Below are positions 18,736-27,371 of a stretch of 64,000 nucleotides of DNA, piece after piece. The DNA is from an uncultured Parasporobacterium sp. (GTDB taxonomy: Bacteria > Bacillota > Clostridia > Lachnospirales > Lachnospiraceae). Under the pieces are notes generated by a model. That model saw only the letters and a list, made by a program, of their open reading frames with translations, ran no database searches and was not told the origin of the DNA. Position numbers and translations under genes: made by a program. Numbering within the stretch: the stretch's first letter is position 1; every line of letters starts with the position of its first letter. Where the stretch lies: positions 14,044 through 78,043 of the forward strand of contig CAZGVB010000001.1 of assembly GCA_964528825.1 (NCBI GenBank), given 5' to 3'.

Positions 18736-20340
18736 ATGTCAAAAAATACCGATACAACTGCTTCTAAAAAAATTACTGTTCAGAAATATGTATTTATAAG
18801 TCAGATGCTGCTCATTATCGTCCTGGCTGCAGTCATTACATCGGTTGGACTTTTTTATAATATTAGATCTGAAAATTTAAAAAGAGACCAAAATCTTAAA
18901 AATATTGCTTCAGCGATCGCATATTCGAAGATATTTGACCAAAGTTCAGACGAAAAAGATACCTTAACCGCAGATGTTTACTCCGAAAGCAATCAAAATG
19001 ATGGCTCGGATCTTGTAAATTACCTTGATACATTGAAAAATTCACTTGCTGAGGTAGATGTTATATCTGTTGTCAACGCAGAAGGAATCAGACTTTATCA
19101 CTCAAATCATGATCTTATAGGCACAGTTTATGACGGAACAATACCCTCATTTGATACTGAAGACAATTATTATGCCGTAAATGAAACAGGCCCGTCAGGA
19201 TTGCAAAGACGCGCCTATAAGGCCATATATTCCGAAAATAACGAATATATGGGATTTGTAATGGCAATTATGTTAATGCAAAATATTCGCCATGAAACAT
19301 TAAAAATGCTGGCAATATTCGCATCCGTTTCTTTATTTGCAACTCTTATTGAAATTCTTATATCATATAAGATATCAAATATGATCAAAAAAAGACTGAT
19401 GGGATATGAACCCGATAAATTCTCAAATATGTTCAGGATACGTGATGACATATTAGAATCCATTGATGAAGGTATTGTAGCAGTTGACGCATCGGGAAAT
19501 ATTCTGTATACCAATACCGCTGCCGGGCCAATCGTTAAAAATTATGGCGAATCTTTAATAAACACGCTCATGAGCGGAGAAAAGGAATACAATATCGCTG
19601 AAAATGGTATGAATGATGCCAATATAATGGTCGATCGCATTCCGAATAATGAAAACGGAGGCAGCGTAGGCATTATTCATGACAGAACTGAATACAGAAA
19701 ACTCGCAGATGACCTCGCCGGGACAAGGTTTCTTGTAGATTCCATGCGTGCAAACAATCATGAGTTCACAAACAAATTGCATGTGATTCTCGGTTTGATA
19801 GAAATGAAACATTATGATGAGGCAATATCATATATCGAAAATGCAGCATTTATTCAACGTGAGTTGATAAGCAAAATAATGAATAAAATATCAGATCCGT
19901 CTATAGCCGCTCTGCTTATCGGCAAAACAGCAAGATCATCCGAACTTAATGTAAACTTTTTGCTCAATGATGACAGTATATATAACAAATCAGATATTGA
20001 TATACCTTCTCAGGTGATCATAACCATTATCGGTAATCTGATTGACAATGCACTTGATGCCATGAATCAAATGAAAGAAAATGAAAAGCGCAAGGAGCTG
20101 CTCATAGGCATCTTTACTAGGCCCGGTGCCCTATTGATCACTGTCGATGACAACGGTCCCGGTATCAGGGATGATATCAAGAACCATATATTTGAAAAGG
20201 GAATATCTACAAAGGGCGAGGGACGCGGCACAGGTCTTTATGAGGTAAAGAAATTGATTGATAACTTAAATGGGCAGATAACAGTCGAATCTGAACCAGG
20301 CGTAGGGACATCATTTACCGTAAGCATAACCAAAGATTAA
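18736..20340 (+). CDS. DcuS/CitA-family sensor histidine kinase
   Basis: Two TM helices flank an extracytoplasmic sensor domain, followed by a PAS-like segment. The H-box HEFTNKLHVILGLIEM, N-box GNLIDNALDA, G1 DDNGPGI and G2 GRGTGLY are all present. Confidence 0.85.
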   Translation: MSKNTDTTASKKITVQKYVFISQMLLIIVLAAVITSVGLFYNIRSENLKRDQNLKNIASAIAYSKIFDQSSDEKDTLTADVYSESNQNDGSDLVNYLDTLKNSLAEVDVISVVNAEGIRLYHSNHDLIGTVYDGTIPSFDTEDNYYAVNETGPSGLQRRAYKAIYSENNEYMGFVMAIMLMQNIRHETLKMLAIFASVSLFATLIEILISYKISNMIKKRLMGYEPDKFSNMFRIRDDILESIDEGIVAVDASGNILYTNTAAGPIVKNYGESLINTLMSGEKEYNIAENGMNDANIMVDRIPNNENGGSVGIIHDRTEYRKLADDLAGTRFLVDSMRANNHEFTNKLHVILGLIEMKHYDEAISYIENAAFIQRELISKIMNKISDPSIAALLIGKTARSSELNVNFLLNDDSIYNKSDIDIPSQVIITIIGNLIDNALDAMNQMKENEKRKELLIGIFTRPGALLITVDDNGPGIRDDIKNHIFEKGISTKGEGRGTGLYEVKKLIDNLNGQITVESEPGVGTSFTVSITKD

Positions 20341-20350
20341 GGAGAATAAT

Positions 20351-21025
20351 ATGTATAACGTTCTGATAGTTGAAGATGATCCGATGGTTGCAATGATAAA
20401 CGAACAGTATGTCAGCAGGAATAAAGGCTTTCATGTCTCAGGAACATGTCATGACGGAGCATCCGCATTAGATTTTATCGAAAATAATGATGTTGACCTG
20501 ATAATTTTGGATGTATATATGCCAATAATGAATGGAATAGAAATGTTGCGTGAGGCCAGGCGGAGGGAACTCGAGATTGCAGCTATCATGGTGACAGCTG
20601 CAAATGATGCCACCTCGCTTGAAGAATGCATGAAAATGGGTATAATCGATTATCTTGTAAAGCCATTTACCTTTGACAGATTTCAGCAAGCTCTTAATAA
20701 ATTCATTTCACGAATGGAAGCTTTCGAAAATCATGACGGATTGAATCAAAATACAATAGACCGCATAATAGGCAGCACGGCAGATTCTACCGAAAGTATT
20801 CCGCCTAAGGGAATACAAAAAAGAACGGAAGATGCAATACTTGACATCCTCAGGGAAACAAATGGCACATGGCTCAGCGGCGATGATATAGCCGCACGTA
20901 CAGGTCTTTCAAGCGTAACTGTAAGGCGATACATGGCCTATCTTGCTCATTCAGGTGATGTGATCGGAACCATGAATTATGAAACGGGAGGCAGACCATG
21001 TATGCTTTATAAGATCAATAAATGA
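20351..21025 (+). CDS. CitB/DcuR-family response regulator
   Basis: It has a receiver domain (VLIVEDDPMV, DLIILDVYMP, LVKP) and a C-terminal winged-helix/HTH (ARTGLSSVTVRRYMAYL). It lies 10 nt after the kinase gene. Confidence 0.85.
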   Translation: MYNVLIVEDDPMVAMINEQYVSRNKGFHVSGTCHDGASALDFIENNDVDLIILDVYMPIMNGIEMLREARRRELEIAAIMVTAANDATSLEECMKMGIIDYLVKPFTFDRFQQALNKFISRMEAFENHDGLNQNTIDRIIGSTADSTESIPPKGIQKRTEDAILDILRETNGTWLSGDDIAARTGLSSVTVRRYMAYLAHSGDVIGTMNYETGGRPCMLYKINK

Positions 21026-21084
21026 TATTTCCAGGCAAAACAGTCATTGACAGTAAGCGGGAATATATCGATCTTTCAATGTGA

Positions 21085-22482
21085 TCATTTTATTGCATCA
21101 ATTTGCGGACTCCACTCCAATGTCTGGCTGCTGTCATAGAGATATCCGGTTATCATCCATGTAGGGATCAAATATCCGGTTTCCGAAATGAAAGAATAGC
21201 TTTCTTCTACACTTTCCACAACGGCTTTGCCCTGCCAATCACCGCAGCCTACCTCTTGAGCCACATCTATGCTGTCTGCCATGGAAATACATTGCACATC
21301 TTCGACATATTCGCACCAGATTCTGTTGTCGGAAATAGAAATAAGTCTCCCGTCCTTGCCGAGCTCGATCAACACATCCCCGCAAGTCTTAGTCATGCCG
21401 TCATCTGATGTTGCTATAAAATCAAAATAGTAATTGTCAGCGGAATAGTTCTCACTGCTATCGGCAACGTAAGCCACATCGGTATCTGATATCCCGAATT
21501 CGCTCATATAATCCCATGCATTTTGCAGCGCAGCAGATTCGTCGATCTCCTCGGAAACCGTCTTTTCGGTATCACCATACTCGTAATATACACTCCATTT
21601 GTTATATGGAAAGATAAAAATGACTTTGCTGTCACCGTCAAACAACGAATAATATGTTTCGTCTGATTGATTTTCTGTCCATTCGCCATCAAATTTTGTG
21701 ATCGACTGAAGCTTTTCTTCCAGATCACCAAGCGTAGTTTGCTCTGAGTATTGATAAACAGCTCGTTCTTTCTGCGTATCGTCAAGGCTGACCTTTATCT
21801 CTATTTCACTTGGAATCAAATGACCATAATAAAGATTGCCATATTTGGAAGAACCGTCGCAAAATTTCAAAGATATAAATACGGCAGTTATAAGAACAAT
21901 AAGCACAATGCCGACGGAAAGCCTCGGAAGGTACTTTGTAACAACAATGTCCCTACGGCTTATAACGTGTATCAATCCGATAACTATCAAGTACAGAGCG
22001 AAACCGCATAATCCGCCTACTGTATTGGCAATCACATCGTCAATATCAGTTCCTCTGTAAGATATCAGTTGAAGCAGCTCCGTTGCAACCGTGAAAGCTA
22101 AGGATACGATCAGCACACCATGCCAAGACCGCAATCTCTTAAATACGACAGGCAAAAGAAAACCAAGCGGTACAAACATGATGATATTCAGCAGAAATTG
22201 CCATACGCCGCTCGCATTATTTGAACCGTAGCGAAATGCAGTGATAAATTGTCTTAGCGGCGCAAGATTCATTCTGTCACCCATTCCGTTTCCGAAAGAC
22301 ATGACCTGCGTCACATAAATAAACATTACGACCCAACCGACCAACACAAATTCGGCAAGTATTGTTCTCTTGGCGGGCTTTTCTCTTTTCTTTTTAAGTA
22401 AAAAATAAATACCTATATATACAGCTGCAGTGACCACAAGTGCTATCGGTATTACGGGCAATAAACTTAAAATATAATTCAT
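21085..22482 (-). CDS. VanZ-family membrane protein with large extracytoplasmic C-terminal domain
   Basis: The VanZ signature is present (LLNIIMFVPLGFLLP...ELLQL...RGTDIDDVIANTVGG). I chose the start at ATG 22482 (AAGGA RBS). The track ORF extends to 22506. Confidence 0.7.
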   Translation of the reverse strand: MNYILSLLPVIPIALVVTAAVYIGIYFLLKKKREKPAKRTILAEFVLVGWVVMFIYVTQVMSFGNGMGDRMNLAPLRQFITAFRYGSNNASGVWQFLLNIIMFVPLGFLLPVVFKRLRSWHGVLIVSLAFTVATELLQLISYRGTDIDDVIANTVGGLCGFALYLIVIGLIHVISRRDIVVTKYLPRLSVGIVLIVLITAVFISLKFCDGSSKYGNLYYGHLIPSEIEIKVSLDDTQKERAVYQYSEQTTLGDLEEKLQSITKFDGEWTENQSDETYYSLFDGDSKVIFIFPYNKWSVYYEYGDTEKTVSEEIDESAALQNAWDYMSEFGISDTDVAYVADSSENYSADNYYFDFIATSDDGMTKTCGDVLIELGKDGRLISISDNRIWCEYVEDVQCISMADSIDVAQEVGCGDWQGKAVVESVEESYSFISETGYLIPTWMITGYLYDSSQTLEWSPQIDAIK

Positions 22483-22580
22483 AATTTTTTCCTTGTATTT
22501 CAGCAATAGTTATTTTTTTATTGAACCAAGATATTATACTCATTTCATGCTATACAGTCAAAAATTTCAAAATAAATTAA

Positions 22581-22770
22581 TCAGGCCGGAGCTGAATAAG
22601 ATGTCTTTCTGTGCTTTCTATAGTTATAGTAAGCATTAGTACATATATTCATCCTGCGCAGCAAACCATCTGACGCCAAATTCTTTATGATAATTGTCAA
22701 TAAACCGATAAGCCTCTAATTAATCTCCTTTGCAAAGAATGCCGCGTAGGATAAAAACTTGTCAAATGCA
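22581..22770 (-). mobile_element. Degenerate IS3-family transposase fragment (orfA 3' end / orfB 5' end only)
   Basis: The minus strand reads ...DKFLSYAAFFAKEIN*, the classic IS3 OrfA C-terminus. It then reads AYRFIDNYHKEFGVRW and, after a frame change, LLRRMNICTNAYYNYRKHRKTSYS, an OrfB N-terminal HTH-like segment. No catalytic DDE region follows. Confidence 0.6.
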
Positions 22771-22800
22771 TTGAAACAAAGCAAAAAAATGTGATATACT
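22771..22800 (+). promoter_or_regulatory. Putative sigma-A promoter of the 764-aa protein gene
   Basis: TTGAAA (22771-22776), an 18-nt spacer ending in TGTGA, then TATACT (22795-22800). It lies about 85 nt upstream of the ATG. Confidence 0.45.
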
Positions 22801-22883
22801 TTGCTGTTGGTTTTAATCACGCAGATGACGTAATTAAAGATATTGGCATATTTTTAAAAAGCATCAAGAAAAGGGGTAGGATA

Positions 22884-25178
22884 ATGAAATTAAAAAAGCT
22901 TCTCCGCGCTTTGGTCAGTCTTGTTCTGGTGGTCACCCTATTCATGGGCACCTGCACGAACGCATTTGCGGCCACTGCCCGCGGCAACAAGTACATTAAG
23001 GAAGTGATTATCAGCTACGGCAACACCGCTGACGAAGCAAAAAATTGGCTTATCGATAACGGGTATGAAGTGCTTGATTATAACCTGAACGAAGGTGCGG
23101 ACGACACCTTCTCAACCGCAAGAGCCGTTTACCTTGGTTATACAACAACCGATGATGCAGACGAAGCTATCACCGATATGAAGCTCATGAACATGAAGGG
23201 CGGCTATAGTGTTAAAGATTATCAAATGCTGCTCAGCGAGCAAGAGGATAATATTAAAGTATTCTTTGATAACTTCAAGGTTGCTATTAATGAGTACAGA
23301 GCAAACTACAACGCAGGTCAAGAACGTGCCATAGCTGCTCATGATTTACTCAACATGCTGTATGATGATGACACGCAGCAAAACCTGGGCGACCTTTTGT
23401 TAAATAAGGTTAAAGAAGAATATACCGACGAGGAGTTTGCAGCACTTTCCGCAGAAGAGCAGGCCAAGGCTGCCGATATGACAACCATTCTTATGCAGGC
23501 AAATGGCAACGCAATTCTTGTAATGGAGCAGCTCATTGCAATGGCAACCGACGATGGCGATACCCTTTGGACTATAAGATACCAAGAAGCCAAAACCTAC
23601 GACGAAATGCTCGATGAGCTTATGCAAAGCAAAAACCTCACTGTAAGCGAGGCCGAAAAGCAGCTTGCAGCTGAATATGACGAGGACGCAAAGAAAATTG
23701 CGGCAAACTTCGAAAATTATAAATCATATCTTGAAAAATATACAAATTCCGGCATAACAATTGATAACACAGCCGAAGAAATTGAAGCGTACGCAAATGC
23801 AAATGAAGATTTCAGTTATTCGGATTGGTGCGCAATCGGCACTCAATATGAACTTCTTAAGGATTTAGAAAACAATGATATTTCGCTTCTTGATTTGATA
23901 ACAAGTGATGAATATGATGTGGAAAATGATGACAGATATATGCTCTATCCTCTTGTTGCGTCCTTAACAAAGGGTCAAAGGGCTTGCCTTGATTTTCTTT
24001 CTACCTATCAGCTTGTAGCTCTCGGTATAAATGATAACGACACAGTAAAGGCATCAATGGAAGAAATAGGCATAACCTCCATTGAAGGATTGCAAAACGT
24101 TTCAATCTACGAGGGCGTTGACCGTTCCATTTTCGGTGGTGATGTTGCGCTTACAGGCGAAGCATATAGACTTCAAAACTCGTCCGGTAAAAGTGTGTAT
24201 GGAGAAGATGACTCCTCTGTTATTTCAACAACCTCCATTGTTTTATACAGCACTTTTGCCGTTTCCACCGCTATGACAGTCTTTAGTTGGGTATACAGTC
24301 CGCATTTGGATCAACTTTCATTACGCTTTTATGACGAAATGAACAAAGCAAAGTATTATACAAAATTAGTTGGAGAAAATCTTGAAAAACTAAAAACAGA
24401 ACTTAAAAGCTTAACAGATCCGGCAGATATTGCAGACCAGACAGCAAGAATAAATGAAGAGCAGGAGCTGCTTGATAAGGCAATTGCAGAAAGAAAAGAA
24501 GCGATAGCTGCTTATAAATCAACAAGCTATTGGTCAAAGATAATGTTTTATGCAAAAATTGGCATCACCTGCGCCACGATCGTACTTTTTGCTGCTTCAC
24601 TGTGGAGCACATATGAGGATTTGAAAGAATATTACAACGCCGAATTCACCCCTATCCCCTCCAACATGGTAAACCAAGGTGTTAACGAAAATAGCGAAAA
24701 GGTATACACCTATTATTCCGCAGTTAAGTGCAACAGAGTGGCTCAAGGTATGGTAACAGACAGCACAAAGATACTCGGAGATTTCGGTGACCTTAATGGT
24801 GATGTAGGCAGGCAGTGGCTTGCTCTTTATACAACCAAGGATTCCTCCGCAGGAAACCCGATCACAACGGACTTCACGGTTCAATACAATAACACAAATA
24901 TTCCGAACGAGAGCACCGCGCTTTCGATTTTCTGCGAAAGCACTGCTCAGAACTTGACCAATAAAAAAGCCGGTTATACCTATGCCGACTCTAAAGACGG
25001 TATATATCTTTTCTATGGCACAGACAGCAACGCCTTTGCCGGCAGCATATTCTCAAATGGAAAATATATAATGGTTGGCGGTATTTCGGCGCTTGTGGCA
25101 GCCGTAATTGCCTTTGTCGTTGGAGAAATCTTTGGCAATAAGAAATTAAAAAAGAAAAAGAAAGCTGCAACCACTTAA
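22884..25178 (+). CDS. Uncharacterised 764-aa secreted/three-TM membrane protein with duplicated beta-module
   Basis: The start at ATG 22884 follows AAGGGGTAGG. A signal peptide MKLKKLLRALVSLVLVVTLFMGTCTNAFA is present, with three later hydrophobic helices and a lysine-rich C-terminus. Codon usage is visibly richer in G/C than in neighbouring genes. Confidence 0.75.
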   Translation: MKLKKLLRALVSLVLVVTLFMGTCTNAFAATARGNKYIKEVIISYGNTADEAKNWLIDNGYEVLDYNLNEGADDTFSTARAVYLGYTTTDDADEAITDMKLMNMKGGYSVKDYQMLLSEQEDNIKVFFDNFKVAINEYRANYNAGQERAIAAHDLLNMLYDDDTQQNLGDLLLNKVKEEYTDEEFAALSAEEQAKAADMTTILMQANGNAILVMEQLIAMATDDGDTLWTIRYQEAKTYDEMLDELMQSKNLTVSEAEKQLAAEYDEDAKKIAANFENYKSYLEKYTNSGITIDNTAEEIEAYANANEDFSYSDWCAIGTQYELLKDLENNDISLLDLITSDEYDVENDDRYMLYPLVASLTKGQRACLDFLSTYQLVALGINDNDTVKASMEEIGITSIEGLQNVSIYEGVDRSIFGGDVALTGEAYRLQNSSGKSVYGEDDSSVISTTSIVLYSTFAVSTAMTVFSWVYSPHLDQLSLRFYDEMNKAKYYTKLVGENLEKLKTELKSLTDPADIADQTARINEEQELLDKAIAERKEAIAAYKSTSYWSKIMFYAKIGITCATIVLFAASLWSTYEDLKEYYNAEFTPIPSNMVNQGVNENSEKVYTYYSAVKCNRVAQGMVTDSTKILGDFGDLNGDVGRQWLALYTTKDSSAGNPITTDFTVQYNNTNIPNESTALSIFCESTAQNLTNKKAGYTYADSKDGIYLFYGTDSNAFAGSIFSNGKYIMVGGISALVAAVIAFVVGEIFGNKKLKKKKKAATT

Positions 25179-25188
25179 ATATCATAAG

Positions 25189-25220
25189 AAAAGCCGAGGC
25201 TTCATTGCCCCGGCTTTTTA
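25189..25220 (+). terminator. Rho-independent terminator after the 764-aa protein gene
   Basis: AAGCCGAGG / CCCCGGCTT forms a stem (one mismatch) with an 8-nt loop, followed by a T5 run. Confidence 0.7.
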
Positions 25221-25333
25221 TCGAGCCCACATTTGCGCTTCAACTGAGATATATACAACGAGGATATCTTCAAGCTGTTCTGTTCCAGAACATAATCCTT
25301 AATCTGCGCATAGGTCGCCTGACCGCGCTTCTC
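25202..25333 (-). pseudogene. Orphaned in-frame remnant of the RlmD C-terminal extension
   Basis: Directly after the rlmD TAG, in the same frame, the sequence reads EKRGQATYAQIKDYVLEQNSLKISSLYISQLKRKCGLDKKPGQ*. This resembles the conserved tail of Firmicute RlmD-type enzymes. Confidence 0.55.
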
Positions 25334-26806
25334 CTAAAGCATTTCCTCAACATCCACGTCGATGTCGATATGTAGACTATTTCCCCGCACTAAAAGACAT
25401 ACAGTCTCGACATGCACCGTATGCGGAAACATGTCGACGCAGAGAGATTCTTCGAGCACATATCCTGCTTCTTTAAATGACTGCAGATCGCGGGCAAGCG
25501 AGGTCGGCTTGCAGCTTATATAAATGATCTTCTCTACACCGAATCGTAATATAAGGCCAAGGGCCCTCGGATGTATCCCCTCACGCGGTGGATCCAGGAT
25601 TATCATATCGGGTGACGGCAATCCGTATGACTCTCTATCGGTCAAGGCTTTTAAAACATCACCTGCGATAAATGTTACGTTATCTATATTATTTAAATCA
25701 GCATTTTCCTTTGCACTTCTAACAGCATCTTCGACTATTTCAACACCATAGACGCTGTGCGCCGCGGGACTTAAAAGCTGGGCAATAGTCCCTGTCCCAC
25801 TGTAAAGATCGTAAACCACTCCTTTTCCATCACTCGATGCAAACTCTCTGACCTTTTCATAGAGCTTTTCACAGCCTGACGGATTGGTTTGGAAAAAGGA
25901 AAATAATGAGATCTTGAATTTTAATCCCAGAATATCTTCATATATATAATCTCTGCCATATAGAATATCCATTTTGTCGCATCTGACTATGTCTGAGACA
26001 GCATTATTATAGACATGACATATGCCTACAATATTCCCATCCAATTTTTCTGATGCATTTAATGACAATAAGCTCTGTTCGAAGGCATCTATGACAGTAC
26101 GCTCATTTTCTATGGTAAGCTTATCACTCTTATCTGCGGTCGTTGTTATAAGGGCGACAAGCAACTCTTTTTTGCTTTTGCTCCGCCTGATCAGCAAATG
26201 TCTTAAATACCCTCTATGGTCAACATGGTGGTTGAAATCTATTTTTTCATTTGAATAAAGATCAGAAAAGAAGTCCCTTGTATGTGATCTTATTATATTG
26301 AAATCAGAATTTACAATTGAACATGTATCCGTATTGATAATGTCATAAAAGGAGTTTTTCTTATGAAGGCCAAGCGCCAAAGGCCCGCCTTTATATTCAT
26401 CACCAAAGGCATATTCCATTTTGTTTCTGTAAGCATATGTATCCGGACTTGGAATAATGCCCTGAAAATCATGTTCCGGATATATTTTTTTCAGAATTTT
26501 CTCTACTGTATCCGATTTCAGCTTAAGCTGATCTTCATATGAAAGACGTTGGTAAGAACAGCCCCCGCATTCTCCGAAATTGCCGCATGACGGCTCCGCA
26601 CCTTCAATCTGTGAGCGTTTTATAACATTAAGCAGCTTGCCTTCCGATGCTCCGCTCCTCTTTTTTGATATCGAAAAGCTTATATATTGACCGGGGATAG
26701 CATCCTTAACATATACTATATCGTCGTCCAGAGCAATCTTTCCCATATTGGGAAATTTATAATCGCTTACATATCCTTCGTAAATTTGTCCTTTTTTTAA
26801 GCTCAT
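25334..26806 (-). CDS. rlmD: 23S rRNA (uracil-C5)-methyltransferase RlmD/RumA family
   Basis: It has an N-terminal TRAM domain, an Fe-S cysteine cluster (CGNFGECGGCSYQ), the SAM motif DLYSGTGTI, and the catalytic ISCKP and PHTVHVE motifs. It ends at an amber codon. Confidence 0.9.
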   Translation of the reverse strand: MSLKKGQIYEGYVSDYKFPNMGKIALDDDIVYVKDAIPGQYISFSISKKRSGASEGKLLNVIKRSQIEGAEPSCGNFGECGGCSYQRLSYEDQLKLKSDTVEKILKKIYPEHDFQGIIPSPDTYAYRNKMEYAFGDEYKGGPLALGLHKKNSFYDIINTDTCSIVNSDFNIIRSHTRDFFSDLYSNEKIDFNHHVDHRGYLRHLLIRRSKSKKELLVALITTTADKSDKLTIENERTVIDAFEQSLLSLNASEKLDGNIVGICHVYNNAVSDIVRCDKMDILYGRDYIYEDILGLKFKISLFSFFQTNPSGCEKLYEKVREFASSDGKGVVYDLYSGTGTIAQLLSPAAHSVYGVEIVEDAVRSAKENADLNNIDNVTFIAGDVLKALTDRESYGLPSPDMIILDPPREGIHPRALGLILRFGVEKIIYISCKPTSLARDLQSFKEAGYVLEESLCVDMFPHTVHVETVCLLVRGNSLHIDIDVDVEEML

Positions 26807-26822
26807 TTAATACTCCAAAAAT

Positions 26823-26853
26823 AAAAACGGGCACAATGACCTGGCCCGTTTTT
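26823..26853 (-). terminator. Hairpin/terminator between the small membrane-protein gene and rlmD
   Basis: AAAAACGGGC / GCCCGTTTTT forms a 10-bp stem with an 11-nt loop. U-runs are available on both strands. Confidence 0.6.
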
Positions 26854-26909
26854 ATCAATAATCAATTGCACATATTTTATGATGATTTCAAACTACCGGA
26901 TTTAAAGCA

Positions 26910-27224
26910 TCATTCTGCAAAATCTTCGTCATTTGCTTCCTCGGTATCTTTACATTCCGTCTCAGCGCCCTCAGCATCGCCATCGGCTGACTTTTCTTCA
27001 TCATCATAATAATAATCAAGATCATCATACAGATCATCATTGTCATCATATTTATGCATAAGTCTATATAAAACATATGCAGCAGCAGCAAGAACTGTCA
27101 CTGCTCCAACACAAATAAGGATAATCTTAACAGTTTTTTTCACTTTTTCGTCCTCGCTTTTTTCTTTAAAATAAGAATAAATCTTTGAAAGCTGTAATGC
27201 ATCTTCTAATTTTAAATCTGTCAT
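26910..27224 (-). CDS. Hypothetical single-TM protein with highly acidic C-terminal tail
   Basis: A 104-aa ORF with one TM (IILICVGAVTVLAAAAYVLY) followed by a D/E/Y-rich tail. An overlapping 67-aa ORF in another frame was judged spurious. Confidence 0.55.
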   Translation of the reverse strand: MTDLKLEDALQLSKIYSYFKEKSEDEKVKKTVKIILICVGAVTVLAAAAYVLYRLMHKYDDNDDLYDDLDYYYDDEEKSADGDAEGAETECKDTEEANDEDFAE

Positions 27225-27371
27225 AAAAAACCTCCTTAACCGGAATTGTTTTATGAAAAACAGTATCTGGTAAAATCTTAATCAATTATATTTTATGAGA
27301 TACAATTTTTCAAGCAATCCTTAATGATTGTGAGGGACAATTATTAAAAATTTTGTGAACTATAAAAGGTT

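Noticed and set aside
25334-25336. The amber codon in rlmD as a recoded (pyrrolysine or read-through) position.
   Set aside because: No pyl genes or recoding signals are visible in the window. A nonsense mutation or a sequencing error is the simpler explanation.
27353-27359. TTGTGAA, together with TTCACAA at 53317-53323, as possible Rex operator half-sites.
   Set aside because: Each is an isolated half-site without the inverted partner at the proper spacing. The first also lies at the 3' end of pcrA rather than in a promoter.
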